From: Penicillus capitatus
Lineage: Eukaryota; Plantae; Chlorophyta
Assembly (NCBI GenBank): GCA_965649825.1
Contig: OZ287716.1
Coordinates: forward strand, 1 to 64,000
Direction: 5' to 3'
DNA length: 64,000 nt
The notes under the pieces are model-generated. The model did not search any database, was not told where the DNA came from, and worked only from the letters and a program-made list of their open reading frames with translations. This document shows, in pieces, positions 13,466 through 25,715 of this stretch. Every line of letters begins with the position of its first letter. Positions within the stretch are counted from its first letter, which is position 1. Position numbers and translations under genes: made by a program.

Positions 13466-14418
13466 ATGCATCGCTGTCGCTGCTGTCGACAGGAGAGACT
13501 TTATGCCGATCAATCTCTCGAACTGCCCTCTCGACCGCCTCTCTCTCAAAAACACATGACCAGACGGATCGCTCTATGGACAGGGACCTTTCTGTGTACT
13601 GGGTAAGGATCTGTTGTCGAACGCTGTCTGGACGGAGAGACGGATCAGGTTTGAGACGCGGAAGATCAGGGCAGAGGAAGCGACGTTCTGTGGACCGTCT
13701 GCCGGCTACCAATGCTCAAGCGTCGCGTCCGATTCGCGTTTGGTGCAAGTGAAGACAGAGGATTACAGTTTCAGTGTCCCACGCGACTACACACGCCTTC
13801 CGGACGACAAAGCTTCCGGTTGCCTTCCTCTCTTAAACATCCTCCTCTGTCGAGGATGACTCCCCACTGTTCACAGAGGTCTTCACTTCGACGAGGTTTC
13901 AGTCGACAGATGGCATCGAATCTCTCTCAATTGTTCGCCGATTGGCCTCGAGTGTCAAACCTACGTTTTTCCAGGCAATGATCTTAGCATCCCTGTCCGC
14001 TTTGGGGAAGTCGTCGTAGGTCTCTGATATCTCAAAGTATGGAGATGTGGGAGAAGTGGGTCAACTCATTCTACCACGTGGTCCAAAGGAGATGATCTCG
14101 TCCTCTATCCGGACGATCCAGCAAAGCCCGATTGATACCAAGACGCTCCGTGGCGTCATCACTCTACCAGATGTGACGATCTACAAGTACGGGCTGAAGG
14201 AATGTGTGATTCTGTATATGCATGGTGTGTCTCGAATGCGATTTAGTTATCGGTTTCGAACGGGAAATGGGTTTGAGGTGGAGATCAGTGCCGGAGCAAC
14301 AAGAGGTTATGTTTTCCTGTTGGCCACCTCAACCACAGTAGAGCGATTTAAAGAAACGGCAACGACATTCGAAGCCATTCATGAATCTTTTCAGCTTTAT
14401 CGGAAGGTCGATGCCTAA
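13466..14418 (+). CDS. Second PsbP-domain (PPD-like) lumenal protein
   Basis: The frame from ATG 13466 gives a twin-Arg signal MTRRIALWTGTFLCTG spliced (13603-13648) to FETRKIRA-EE. PsbP-like motifs DYSFSVP, ISKYGDVGEVG and GYVFLLATSTT...FEAIHESF. GC-AG intron at 13975-14019. Confidence 0.7.
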
Positions 14419-14423
14419 TGTAA
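14419..14423 (+). terminator. TGTAA poly(A) signal immediately after the PsbP-like stop
   Basis: TAA-TGTAA. Confidence 0.5.
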
Positions 14424-14498
14424 TATATACCATCCATATCCCCGTCCGTCACATCACAGCAAACTCCTCACTGGCACGTTCTCTTCGGCGTTACTAGA

Positions 14499-16219
14499 AT
14501 GATGCGTTCGGCGATGCTGCTCTTGATTGATGGCTTGGGCGATGTAAGTATAAGGGAGCTCGGTGACAGAACGCCTCTCCAAGTAGCCCAGACGCCGTTT
14601 CTCGATGCCCTGGCCGGTATTCGTGATGACGGATGGACTACCCTCTCATTTTGGAACGGACGTTTTAGCCAGTGGTATCAATGGTTTGATGGATCCAGTC
14701 GAGCCCGGCACGGCATGTGGCAGCGACACGGCCCATTTGTCTCTCCTGGGATACGACCCAGCGACGTGCGTGCAATGATTCCACGCTTGTGTGCCGCGGC
14801 GTATTCAACGAGGAGACCATTATTAGGTACTATCGCGGCAGAGGAGCCTTTGAAAGTTTAGGCTCCGGTTTGGAAATGGATGACGGTGATGTTGGATTCA
14901 AGTGCAACTTCGCTTTCGTCCATCCATCGAGCGGAATCGTCGAAAAACGACGTGCGGATCGGAGGTTTGAATCTATTGGACCCGTTCTGTGTCAAGCCCT
15001 GCACGGTAGAGCGCGTCTAGTCGATGTCTCTCCTATCTAGATACCCTTCTATGCTGACAGCATTGCCGATCGACGGATTTCCCGAAGTGCAGTTAAGGGT
15101 ACGCTATGCAACGGAACACAGATGTGGGATTGTGTTGCACGGATCTGGTCTGACAGACAGCATCACAGGCACAGATCCACTCAGAGATGGCTGTCCTCTT
15201 GGCATCGCAACTCCACTCGATGCATCGCCTGAGGTAAAGTCATGTGGATTGGGAGATACGGTCTTGAGAGTCGCCATTGAATCAGGCAGGCAGCCTACAC
15301 AGCTGCAGTTGTGAATGCTGCATCAGAGAGCATACGCCAAGTGCTTAAATCGCATGCCATCAATATCAAACGTGAGCAGGATGGATGCATCCCTGCCAAT
15401 ACTGTTCTCTTTCGTGGGGCTGGACAAAAAATGAAGGCACCGTCCTTTGCCAGTCGTACAGGTTTGCGTGGCTGTGTCTTGGCACCGACCAAAATCATTG
15501 CAGGTGAGATGTGCCCTGTACGGAATCAACCGAGGCAGACCAACGGCAGATATTAGGGTTGGCGATGAGCATTGGCCTGGAACAGATCAATGTGGAAGGC
15601 GCAACAGGATCATATGACACACTGTTGAATGCCAAAGCCAGGGCGATGTGTGAAGCCCTGTCCAATCGAGGATTTGATTTTGGATTGCTGCATGTCAAAG
15701 CTGTCGACGATGCTGGACACGATGGGGATACACATCTAAAGGTCAAATTGCTCGAGCAGATCGATCGAATGGTGGGTCAGATCATCAAACGGCTCTGGAT
15801 GCAGCGCCATCCCGATCGATGTATGCCTCTTCTGATTGTGGCAAGCGACCACTCCACACCTGTTGTCTTTGGAGATCATTCCAATGAACCCGTCCCTGTC
15901 GTTTTGGCCTTCCTAGAAAAAACAGTCGCCATTCCCTCATCTCATCTCTCTCACAGCAGAAGTCTTTGTGCAGGTCGAGGTTATCGGGGAGGCGGAAGTG
16001 GCACAGATCGATGAAACACAGGAACTCAGAGCAGCAGCATTGGCCGATGATCCGCTGCCGCCTATGACAGCACAACAACATAACCACAATCAACCCGTTC
16101 GTCTGTTTGGAGACCAGGTTCAGTTATACGACGAAGTGAGTGCTGCCAAAGGAGTCCTGGGGCGTTTCAGTGGCAGTCAACTGATGCCATTGATCCAGCA
16201 ACTGATACAGCATTCATAG
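14499..16219 (+). CDS. Cofactor-independent phosphoglycerate mutase-like protein, ApgM/metalloenzyme type
   Basis: LLIDGLGD...[58 protein letters not shown] and ASDHSTP...GDHSNEPVP motifs. Confidence 0.88.
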
Positions 16220-16236
16220 CTTGTCTTTCCAACAAT

Positions 16237-16241
16237 TTACA
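16237..16241 (-). terminator. TGTAA poly(A) signal downstream of WRAP73
   Basis: TTACA on the + strand about 40 nt past the WRAP73 stop. Confidence 0.5.
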
Positions 16242-16282
16242 GCGATCTATCTGTCTTTGTACAGTATTTATATGGAAGCACC

Positions 16283-17704
16283 TTACTGAGATTCCAGTAA
16301 ATATCCAATGCAGAATGTGTGACTGTCTGCCAGGATGAGACTGGATCCATGCTGATTCCACACAATCCGCAAACTCTGAAACTTCGTGAACGGTATGTGC
16401 ACGACAGAGGCGCCCTCTGAAGACCAGAGATAGATTCGGGAATTGCCACAGCAGACAGCCAAGATGTCATTTTCCGGTTCCCACTTCATAAACTTCACAC
16501 CCTGTCGCTGGATCATTACCGAAACCAATCGACTCTGCTCCACATTCCAAATCCACACCACCCATGGCAGATTATCATTTCTGGTGGCAATGTATCTTTC
16601 AGATGGACTCCAGCATTGCATGCCGATGCCGAGTTTAGGATCTGGCTTGTCGAGGGGAACGTTCTTGGAAACAGGAAAATCGACAGGGGAGCGAAACACC
16701 CTATATATGGAAGACTGCTGATTAGGATCCTCCTCCTCATCTTCGCCATCCTGGTCCTCTTCCACCTCTCGATAGACAATGACATCTTCAGCAACGGCAA
16801 TCTCTTCCTGATGTTCACATATCAACGCCGGCGTCCACGATGTTTTGTCGAGTAAAGTGCAGACCTGAGTACAGATATTATGCACGAGGTCATGCTGAGA
16901 GAAAAGGGGGTAACCTGATTGAAGCTGCCCACAGAGATGTATCTGCCGTGGGGTGACCAGTTTACTGTCTTAATTCCCAAGGCATCTGCATAGGCAGAAT
17001 AGAGGCCGAGTTTAGTGCCTTTGACAGAGTAGAGCAAGATCTTGTAGTAGAGCAATGAATCCCAGACAGCTACCGTATCGCATGCCGGCGACCACCGAGC
17101 GTCGCTCAAATCTTCCGTCTCCACACGGAAATGCGCACACGGCTGCCAATCCGAACACCTCAGAATCGTCAAGAAATCTTTGCATTCGTATCTCTGGATG
17201 CCAACATGAGTCAAAACCAAGTGCACAAGAACTCCATATCCCGCTCACCTCGGCCACGACGAGGTTTTCTCCTTCCGGGTCAAAGTCAATGCCTCTGTCT
17301 GAGTATTTTGGTCCTTTGATGTAGATGCTCTTGCGGTCGACCAGAGACCAAATGGTGGCCTTGATTTGGAAATCGGCCGTGAGGAAGATGCTTCGGGCAT
17401 CGGGGCACCATCTGGCACTAGTGATGCCGGCAGGGCCTTCATCGATTTTGCAGGTCCAGTCTGGCTCTTCTAACGACCAGATTTGGACAATTGGACGATC
17501 TTTGAGGGAACAGAGGATGTATTTTGAATCGGGTGACCATTCGTAGCTCTGGATTTTGTCGAGACAGGAGTAAAGCTGGACAACGCGTAGGGTATCGACC
17601 TCTCGCACGAGGATACGGTAGTCGACAACGACGGCCAGAAATTCGCCGTCTGGTGAGAACTGTGGTTGCGGTCCGGCAAAGGGATACGCTTCGCTGAAGT
17701 CCAT
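16283..17704 (-). CDS. WRAP73: WD40 protein WRAP73/WDR8 (centriole/basal body)
   Basis: MDFSEAY...FSPDGEFLA, VVQLYSCLDKI...WSPDS, WTCKIDEGPAG, W-SPD, YSAY-DALGIKTVNWSP and RNDNLPWVVWIW. Confidence 0.9.
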
Positions 17705-17738
17705 CGGGTCAAATAGCCCCACAGATTAAATCAAAGCG

Positions 17739-20700
17739 TTATTGACTCTCATTTAATAGTCCCTTGAAGAAGGCGGCCGTTTTGGCAAAGCTCTGACCAA
17801 AAGGACACGGTTCCATGAGAGAGGGTCTGAGCCATCGAGGGAGCTTCTCTCGGATGGCCACATTTCCATAGCGTTCGTCTGCCAGTACAATGCAGGCGTA
17901 GTCATGGATGTGTCGAATGGCACGGCCGATACACTGATTGACTGCTTTCATGCAGAGATCCTCATAATACTGGTGACGATCCAGGTGGAAAAGAGCATCC
18001 TTCGTCTTGTTAATGTGTTTCATGCGTTCCTGAAGTTCAGGATCATGAGCATTTGGAAAAGGCATGCCCAACAGCATGACGCATCTGGATACAGGCGAAA
18101 AATTGGATGAAGAGATCATGGACAGCGTGGGGAGAACCTTCCGAGGTGGTCGCCAAAATTGATACCCTCTGACATCTTGCCACCCACGACACAGAACAGA
18201 ATGGCTCCAGTTTTGCCATTTTCCTGTGATCAGTCGCCTCAGATGGGGGAAAGGGACAGGAGATGGACCTTTGACGTGCACGCTGCCTTGTAATGTTTAA
18301 AAACCTTCTCCCCTTCAGCGACGCCTCGTGGCTCTACGAAGACTGCTTTCTTTAGCTTGATCCTGCTGTCCATGCCACTCTTCTCCAAATGCTGTTGCAG
18401 GGTAGAGAGATAGGAAAAAGATGGCACAAAGATGACAACGCCTTCGCCGATGATGGTGCAGAAGTTCAAGATCATTCTTCCGATCTTCAAAGACGCAAGA
18501 TCATCCACAAGACCAAAGAGTGTTTTTGAGACACACTTCAGCGAGCATCTCGGGTTTTGCTCTGTTTTCATAACGAAGATCCAGTTGTTTTCGTGAAGGT
18601 CCATGAGTCAAGGTCAGAGCCAAAACCCGTTCCTTAGGGACAATGTGCGAACAGCTGAAGTTCGTTAGTCGATCCACGTGATGTTTCTTCGAGAAGAGCT
18701 GAGATTTGATGAGGGACAATGGAGAGAGCGTGCCGCTGGCCAAGATGACGGAATGGCAAGCATCCAAGATCTGAAAGCACCTTTCTCATACAATACATGA
18801 ATGCGATCGTGTGACCTGCTCAAAGTGAACAGCTGGGTTCAACAACACGAATCGAATCTGGATGCATGAATCGGAAGAGGTCTCGTCGGATGTCTTTTCT
18901 GTGAGGATGCATCCATTCTTATCGTCATTTTGCAGGACGTCTAGGAAAGATGAGAGGGCATGGATAGATCCGAGGTGCCCCGTTCCGTCTTCCTCTTGCT
19001 CTCTTCTGTGGTTCGAGACCTACAATGCAGCGAATCCTGTGAAGGACTGATTTTAGTATGTCTCTCTGCTTTGAATGGTAGACGGGATTCTCGCATCCAA
19101 CGCACAGTCGTGATGAAGTTGACATCATGCAGGCCGCAATCAAAGAGAAATTGATTGACGGATTGCGTTCGGGATTGTGTGTGTTCAGAAGAGGCAGCCG
19201 TCTTGCAGTAACGCAGCAATTCTTGACAGATTCTGATGAGAGTCTTCAGATTGGTCATATTAGCTGGAGCTAAGCGCGTCTGAAAACGCTGAAGGTACAT
19301 TTCCAACATCTCCAGATTCGTGGCCAACGACAGCTCTGTACATGATAGTAATAACGGAAAGTGTTAGATGATGCGTGACCGGTGAGGATTGCTCTGTGTG
19401 CACTGTTGATGGCGTCCATGAGGTTATGTGCTTCGTCTACGATCAATACATTCCCCTCCATCTTGATTCCAAGAGACTGACAGGTCAGTCGCCGTTTCAA
19501 AAGGAGAGAGTTGCGGAGTGGCTGTTTTACCTCTTTTGTTTGTTGTGAGAGGAGACTTGAATAAGGCACCAGGAGAATATCTGCATCTTTCACAGCATTT
19601 CGCGTTGCATAGTATGGACAGACCATTTTGGATCGTCCCAATATACCCAGAGCCTGCTTCACCATTCTGTGCACAAATCAATAGGCACATGACACCGAAC
19701 CTCGATATCCAACGGCTCAGAGAGCAAAGTATCCACCATGCTTGCGTGTCTCTTGACATCGGTTTTATCTCTTTTCTTTAGGTAAGGGCAACTGCCACCT
19801 TGAGAAGCAGGGAGACGGCAGGAATGTTCATTTGTGGATCTTTTATCGACAGAAGAAGGTCGCGCTTTCTTTGAGGATTTTTTGTTCTTCAGATCGAGAC
19901 ATTTCTCATTGATCATGGTGGCTGACGGCAGTCGGGCCACACTCGAATTCAGACACATGGCCTTTCGTGATGCCAGCGTTACCAACGAATGGTCCCGGGC
20001 AAATCCCGTGCGCTTAAATTCGCCTGGAACCACACTCCTCAGTGAAGTCTCCTTCATTCGTGCGATAATCAGAGATCTACTGATGAACTGAGATAGCTGT
20101 GAGTGGGTTCTGCTGACGATGATGATCTGTCTCCTCGTGCTTTGAGTGTCCGCATCTTCATCATCCTCTTCTGAGTCGTCGCTGTATCACACCCTTCAGA
20201 CAGAGTGTCTTCTAAGCGCACAGCGGATATACCTGGAACCGTTTCCTGTTTCATCTGGATCGCTCAGGAGAAACTCGACATCTTCCTGTGCACCGTGGCT
20301 GCGTTGACGTTTCTGTTCAAGGGATGCCAATCTGGACGGTTCATTGTAATTGGTTGGCGGTTAACTTGGTGAATGCGATGGCGTTTCTTGTCGATTTTCG
20401 CGTCTCTGATGGCCGTTTTCTGACGAGATTGGCAAAAAGACATTTTCTGAAACTGCTCAAATATCCAAGGCGGTTCATCTCCTTCAGGTTCGATTTCTTT
20501 ATCTGGAGGGCGCTCTCGGTTGGCTTTAAGCCATTCAAGCGATCCACAGATGAGACTCAACGTCTTTCCCGTTCCTTAAAACGCACTTTCTCGCCAAAGC
20601 ACCAGTAGAAAAGGCGTGATATACCAGTGGGACTCTCAAAGAGACCGATGGATCGGTTGTCCAAGGAGGCATAAAGTGATCGCATAAAATCCAGCTGAAT

Positions 20701-20766
20701 GGAATAAGGCTTATGGGGAAATGACGAGAAGGGACGCTCTCCTTCGAGGGTCGCCGACGGATCCAT
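17739..20766 (-). CDS. DDX11: DDX11/CHL1 Fe-S DNA helicase
   Basis: [13 protein letters not shown]...GLFESPTG, Fe-S region [44 protein letters not shown] and [18 protein letters not shown]. Confidence 0.93.
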
Positions 20767-21176
20767 TGAACGAACGTCCTCTGTCGGAACTCTCCGGAAC
20801 GACGTCGTCCAGACGTGTACCCTATCGCCGGCGTCTCAGATTCTGGCGAAGATGTGACGTGTACTGGGCTGCCTAGCTACGCTGAGTTGACAATCACTCG
20901 AGGCAGACGAAAAAGCGCCCATGAGTCAGTCGTAACAATTGTCGAAGAAGTTTGGTAGAATTTTGGCACCGTCTGGTATGCTGCAAAAGAGACGTTGGAT
21001 GTTGCGTGGACTGAAAACAACGGCGTCTTTGTGAACTGTCTCTTCATTGGCTGTCAGAGGTTATCGTGACACGCCGCAGTACTTAACAACCGTTCTACAG
21101 CAGTAAAGCAGAGCTGAGGTGGAATAGTTTGCGTTTGAGACAACAGGATCATCGAATCACATCCTCTTTGAATAAA

Positions 21177-22950
21177 ATGCTTAGGCGACGAACCGTTCCG
21201 TTAAGAGAACGCAGTGGCAACAGACGAAGCGCACCCGACAGGGCCGGGCGCAGGAAGGTACGGATACCACTTCTTCCCTTGTGACGCAGCGAGCAACGCT
21301 GTCGGTTGTGTAGGCAGTGCTTAGTCGCGAATTGTCTTTCGACGCCGTCTCAGCCGAAACCAGTATACCGACTGCCGACACAACTGCAAGGCACAAAAGA
21401 CTCAGGCGCTGTAGAAACGCGGTGCGTGTTTTCTGTGCTGTGAGACGGGCTGGTTATATCCATGATGCTGCCAGGTAAACAAACGTTGTAGGCAGCTATT
21501 CACTAGGGGCGTCCATCACAGCAATTCCTCTTCCATGACCTCAGAGACAAGCGATTCCCGACATCGTCAAAAGAATGCTGAGCGGGTCGATGATGACAGC
21601 TGTCCTGGGTGGAAGTCATTGCCGGAGGACATCTTCAACATCATCCTTGGCAAACTACCCTCAACGGACAACGCCAGAGGCCACTTGCGCGGCGTCTGTC
21701 ACAGCTGGAAGGAGAGTGTGGACCAGTCACTCAGTGCACTGTCTCTGTCATTTGATGGTGTCCATCGCACCTCGGGAGAGAGCAGCATGAGAGCCATCTG
21801 TGTTCCCTTCCTCAATAGAAAGCTGGATGTCACACTGTGTGACAGAGTTCACTGTTTTCTTGATCGACTGTCCTGTTTAGACGCTCTCCATATCACACAT
21901 ACGGGTAAACTGAGTTTCAAAACCATCTTCGCCATGTTGCAATCGAGGAGTTCTCTGAGAACGTTGTGCTTGTCCTACTGCAGCAACATCCAGGATGTCG
22001 ATCTCAAGAGTGTGGCAACGTTGTCATCTCTCACAGCGCTGGATCTGTCTGGATGTCGTGACATCTCTGATATTGGATTGGCTCAGATTTCACAGTTGCA
22101 AGAGCTGAGAGTGCTTAGACTGAAGAAATGTTGGAGACTGACGGACAGATGCATGGAACCGATATCCCAGCTCGAACAGCTGGAGGAGCTTCTCATGCGT
22201 GACTGTTGGCGATTGACAGCGACAGGACTGTCCTGTGCATCGAGGCTATCGAATCTGAGAATTCTGAACGTGGAAAGATGCTTCAGAATCGCTGAACAAG
22301 GGTTCCAGTCGCTCAGACAGTGCCAGAAGCTCGAATACTTAAACATGCGTGATTGCTGGGGACTCTCTGATGTTGCCATGGAGAGTCTCGGCAAACTGCA
22401 CGGTTTGACGTACCTGAACATCGAGCATTGTTTTAAAGTCACGGATACAGGTATTAGTAGTTTAGCTCGTTTGAAGCATTTGCGGAAACTGAACATCAAG
22501 AATTGCTGGGGGTTGACCGACGTCTCTCTGCATACTTTTCTCCACTGCTCAAAACTGACAGTGCTCGATCTGCAGCATTGTTTTCACTTTACGGATCAGG
22601 GTCTTTCAACTCTGCAGAATCTGATGCATCTGCGCCGTCTTTGTTTGAAAGACTGTTGGGCCATGCGTGATACCACTCTTTTGGGATTCTCCTCTCTGCG
22701 CTCGTTAGAACTCTTGCATTTAGAACACTGTTTTCAAATTTCGGATGCTGGTGTCATTGGCTTAAGAGATGCCCCGTGTCTCTTCTACCTCAACCTTAAG
22801 GATTGCTGGGGAATAAGTGATAACAGTGTCGATGTCTTCAAGTCAATGATCAAGCTGAAATACCTGAACCTAAAACACTGTTTTAAGATCTCTCCCGAAA
22901 GAATCAATGAGCTACACGCATGCACACCCAAAATAACCATTGTGACCTGA
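21177..22950 (+). CDS. F-box/LRR protein (FBXL/AMN1-type cysteine-containing LRRs) with an Arg-rich N-terminal extension
   Basis: F-box WKSLPEDIFNIILGKL...LRGVCHSW followed by more than 12 L-xx-L-x-L-xx-C repeats. Exons 21177-21257, 21314-21421 and 21475-22950 join in frame through 56- and 53-nt GT-AG introns. Confidence 0.85.
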
Positions 22951-23117
22951 TCCTTCTGAATGGTGTTGTTAGTTCCTTTGCTTTTCCCTATTCGCATTCT
23001 TTTGATCTCTCTCTTTTGATGGTTAGGGCAAGAATGGTGGATCGTATCTAATCGTTCCTTCTAGGCGTGATTTTTTGTCTCGTTTGTTTTTAGAATGTGA
23101 AAGGCATGGTATGAGGC

Positions 23118-24108
23118 TTAAAATGTCTTGTTCAGGCCACAGAAATAAGGGATCAAGAACCTGGCATTAACCTTGAAGACTTCGAACTCGGCGGCGGGGA
23201 GAGGAACAGAGACCTCAATGACGTTCTCCTCATCATCTTCTCCAGTTCGAGTCTTCATATGAAAGTACCATCCGACATCCGGCTCTCTTGTCACTTGCAG
23301 CATCTTCGTTGTCCTTTCTTGATCACTAAGTGCACCCTTATTAGCGGGATCCGGTTCTGGTTTTCTTACTGTCGTGAGGTTATGTCTTGGACAAAATCGT
23401 GAGTTTCTTCCGGGGAACTGAGCAGTTGTCCAAGCTGGCTTGGATACAAAGCAAATGACTAAACACTCCATTCCATTTAACAACTGAAAAGTGCCGCGCA
23501 TGAACGCACGAGCTTGTTCCTCCAATCGTAATCTCTTCTGCCTGTCCCTCTGGTGGTTTCGAGAAACAGAACACCCTGTTTTTTCATATGATATGTCCCT
23601 CTGAAAGTCATTCGAAACGTTGGAGGCATAGGTCTGAAGACGATGGCAGCATCATCGGCGTAGTAACTCCACTGAGCAAAGTAACCCGTTTTCGCACGGT
23701 GAAGTACCGGCAGTGCCGTCGACTCCGTTGACGCCTCGTCCACCCTGGACAGACCACACTTTATGAATTCAGCCTCCTTTTGAAAGCGAACACCGAACAT
23801 TGCTGCAAAGCTTCGCTGAGCGTTTCCTCTGGTCAACAAGTTAGATCGCGCAGAAGGAGGTTCGGGTAAAGACGGGAGACAACGCAGGCGCTCGGTGCAA
23901 ATCTGCATGACACTGCCACTGCCGCAGTTGCTCGTGTTCGTTAACCCGCATATCTAAACACACGTTACCCTTGTCGGTTTTTCGCAAACGAACACAAGAT
24001 CGGCTGAGTCGAAGATCGCGGGACGCGTATACCTACCTTTCTCCCGGTGACACCGTAAGTTCGAAAAACGCCGCAGAGGCGGCGTAGCTCTAGCAAACCC
24101 CGCATCAT
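23118..24108 (-). CDS. WHY: Whirly ssDNA-binding protein (organellar); start codon uncertain
   Basis: FAQWSYYADDAAIVFRPMPPTF...KQGVLFLE...RDYDWRNK, SFALYPSQLGQLL and VSVPLPAAEFEVFKVNARFLIPYFCG align with the Whirly domain. Confidence 0.8.
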
Positions 24109-24183
24109 TTCCAATTCGACTGACGCCAAAGATTGTATCGTTTGTACATGCACAAAGGGAATCATTTGGACGACGGACGACAC

Positions 24184-25410
24184 ATGACGTCCGCATCGTC
24201 ATGCAGCAGCTGGGATGCCATGCCGGAAATCTATCAAAAGCGAAAAGACATGACAAACGGTGGATCTGAGGAGCCAGTCGATGATGCCGGTCATCGATGG
24301 TCTGCCAAATATCAAAGGGATTCGCCGCCAATGTCTGAACGATCTCTGGATTCCTTACCTCGGAGACCGTCACTTTGGATGAACACTGGCTCCGGTGAAC
24401 AGGTCATCTATCCATTCATACCTTGGTATTGTTGAGATTCGATGGATGGTGGAGGAGGCAGAGGTTGCGCAATTTGACACGATGGTATCCCTTGTAGCTG
24501 AGGTGCAGCACGTGATCGGTCTGAGGGAATCTCTCAAATCAGAGCTGGTGTTTCATGGATACAGTGACGTGGCAGGAAGAATGGGAGATTTGGGAGTCGA
24601 CATCAGAAATGTCACACATTCTCCTTTGCAGATCCACGACATGCAAAGGCCCGTTTCGCGTTCTGCATCTAAGATACATGATACATGGCTGTGCAGGAAG
24701 ACAGGCCGATCAACAGACAGTTTGCTGAATCCGGCAGTGATCCCGCAGGGCTCTCGCATTCCAGATCGTGAAAGAACCGATGTGACAGATGAAGCGCACA
24801 AACGTACACAGGATTCGAGGAAAGCGATCCGACCGAAATCTTCCGTGAGAGCAGCCGTGCATCAAGATGGGTCGAGAATTGCCAGATTCGCTGAGACAGG
24901 ATTTCCATCTCAAGAATCTTATATGAAAGCGATCAGGCACTGTGGAGGAAGGGACCGTGAGCCGAAATCCGAGACAGTACCTTTATTGAGAAGATGGTTA
25001 CCACCGGGACCTTCGAGAATTCCAAAGCCACCGGTCTCGAAAGACAACACCCTTATTTGCAGCGCTGGCAGGCACAGAGATACCTGGCCGAATCACACAG
25101 AAAGCTGCATTCCCCGAGACTCCGATCTCAATCACTCGAATAGCTTCTGCATTTTTACCCAGCAAGACAGCGGTAGCAGCCAGACTCCTATGGCCTGTGA
25201 TCGGCGAGCGGGGAAATCCGCATCCCGTGTGTGATGCTTGCGATGCCGTGATAACAGCACAGACGCTCATGCTTCAGCATTCCATGTCGGTGATCAACAA
25301 ATACATGCAGGGAATAGAGATCAAAATTCGAAAGAGGGTGTCTCTGGTCGAGCACACAAATGAACACTCTCTCTTTCTCGCCGTCCTGAGAATTACGGCA
25401 TAATTAATCG
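24184..25410 (+). CDS. Uncharacterised spliced protein; boundaries approximate
   Basis: 279-codon ORF at 24395-25234 with a helical segment EEAEVAQFDTMVSLVAEVQHVIGLRESLKSEL. Flanking in-style exons and a CDAC motif near 25230. No family recognised. Confidence 0.45.
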
Positions 25411-25715
25411 CTAACCAAAAAATACATGTTGCCTTGGAGAAGCTGAAGGAATGTTCATCGTTCGCTCAAGCAAATGGCCAAGTCAAGGTTCAAACATTGT
25501 TTTGAGGTGTCCCTTTTGAACTGATCGGAACCAACAAACTGATTTGTACGCGAACGGCGTGAAAAATCTATTCTAAGTGAACCCTGGGTACGGTTTCCAA
25601 CACCCAGTGGTTGATAATTACCTCAGACCCACCGTTTCGCGCCCTCTGTCTCGTTTACACGTTTCCGACGCGCAAATTTCACAGAGCCCTCTCTTTTCCA
25701 ATAACAAACAAGGTC

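Noticed and set aside
21177-21284. Arg-rich upstream ORF before the F-box gene
   Set aside because: It splices in frame through two canonical introns (21258-21313 and 21422-21474) into the F-box ORF, so it is exon 1.
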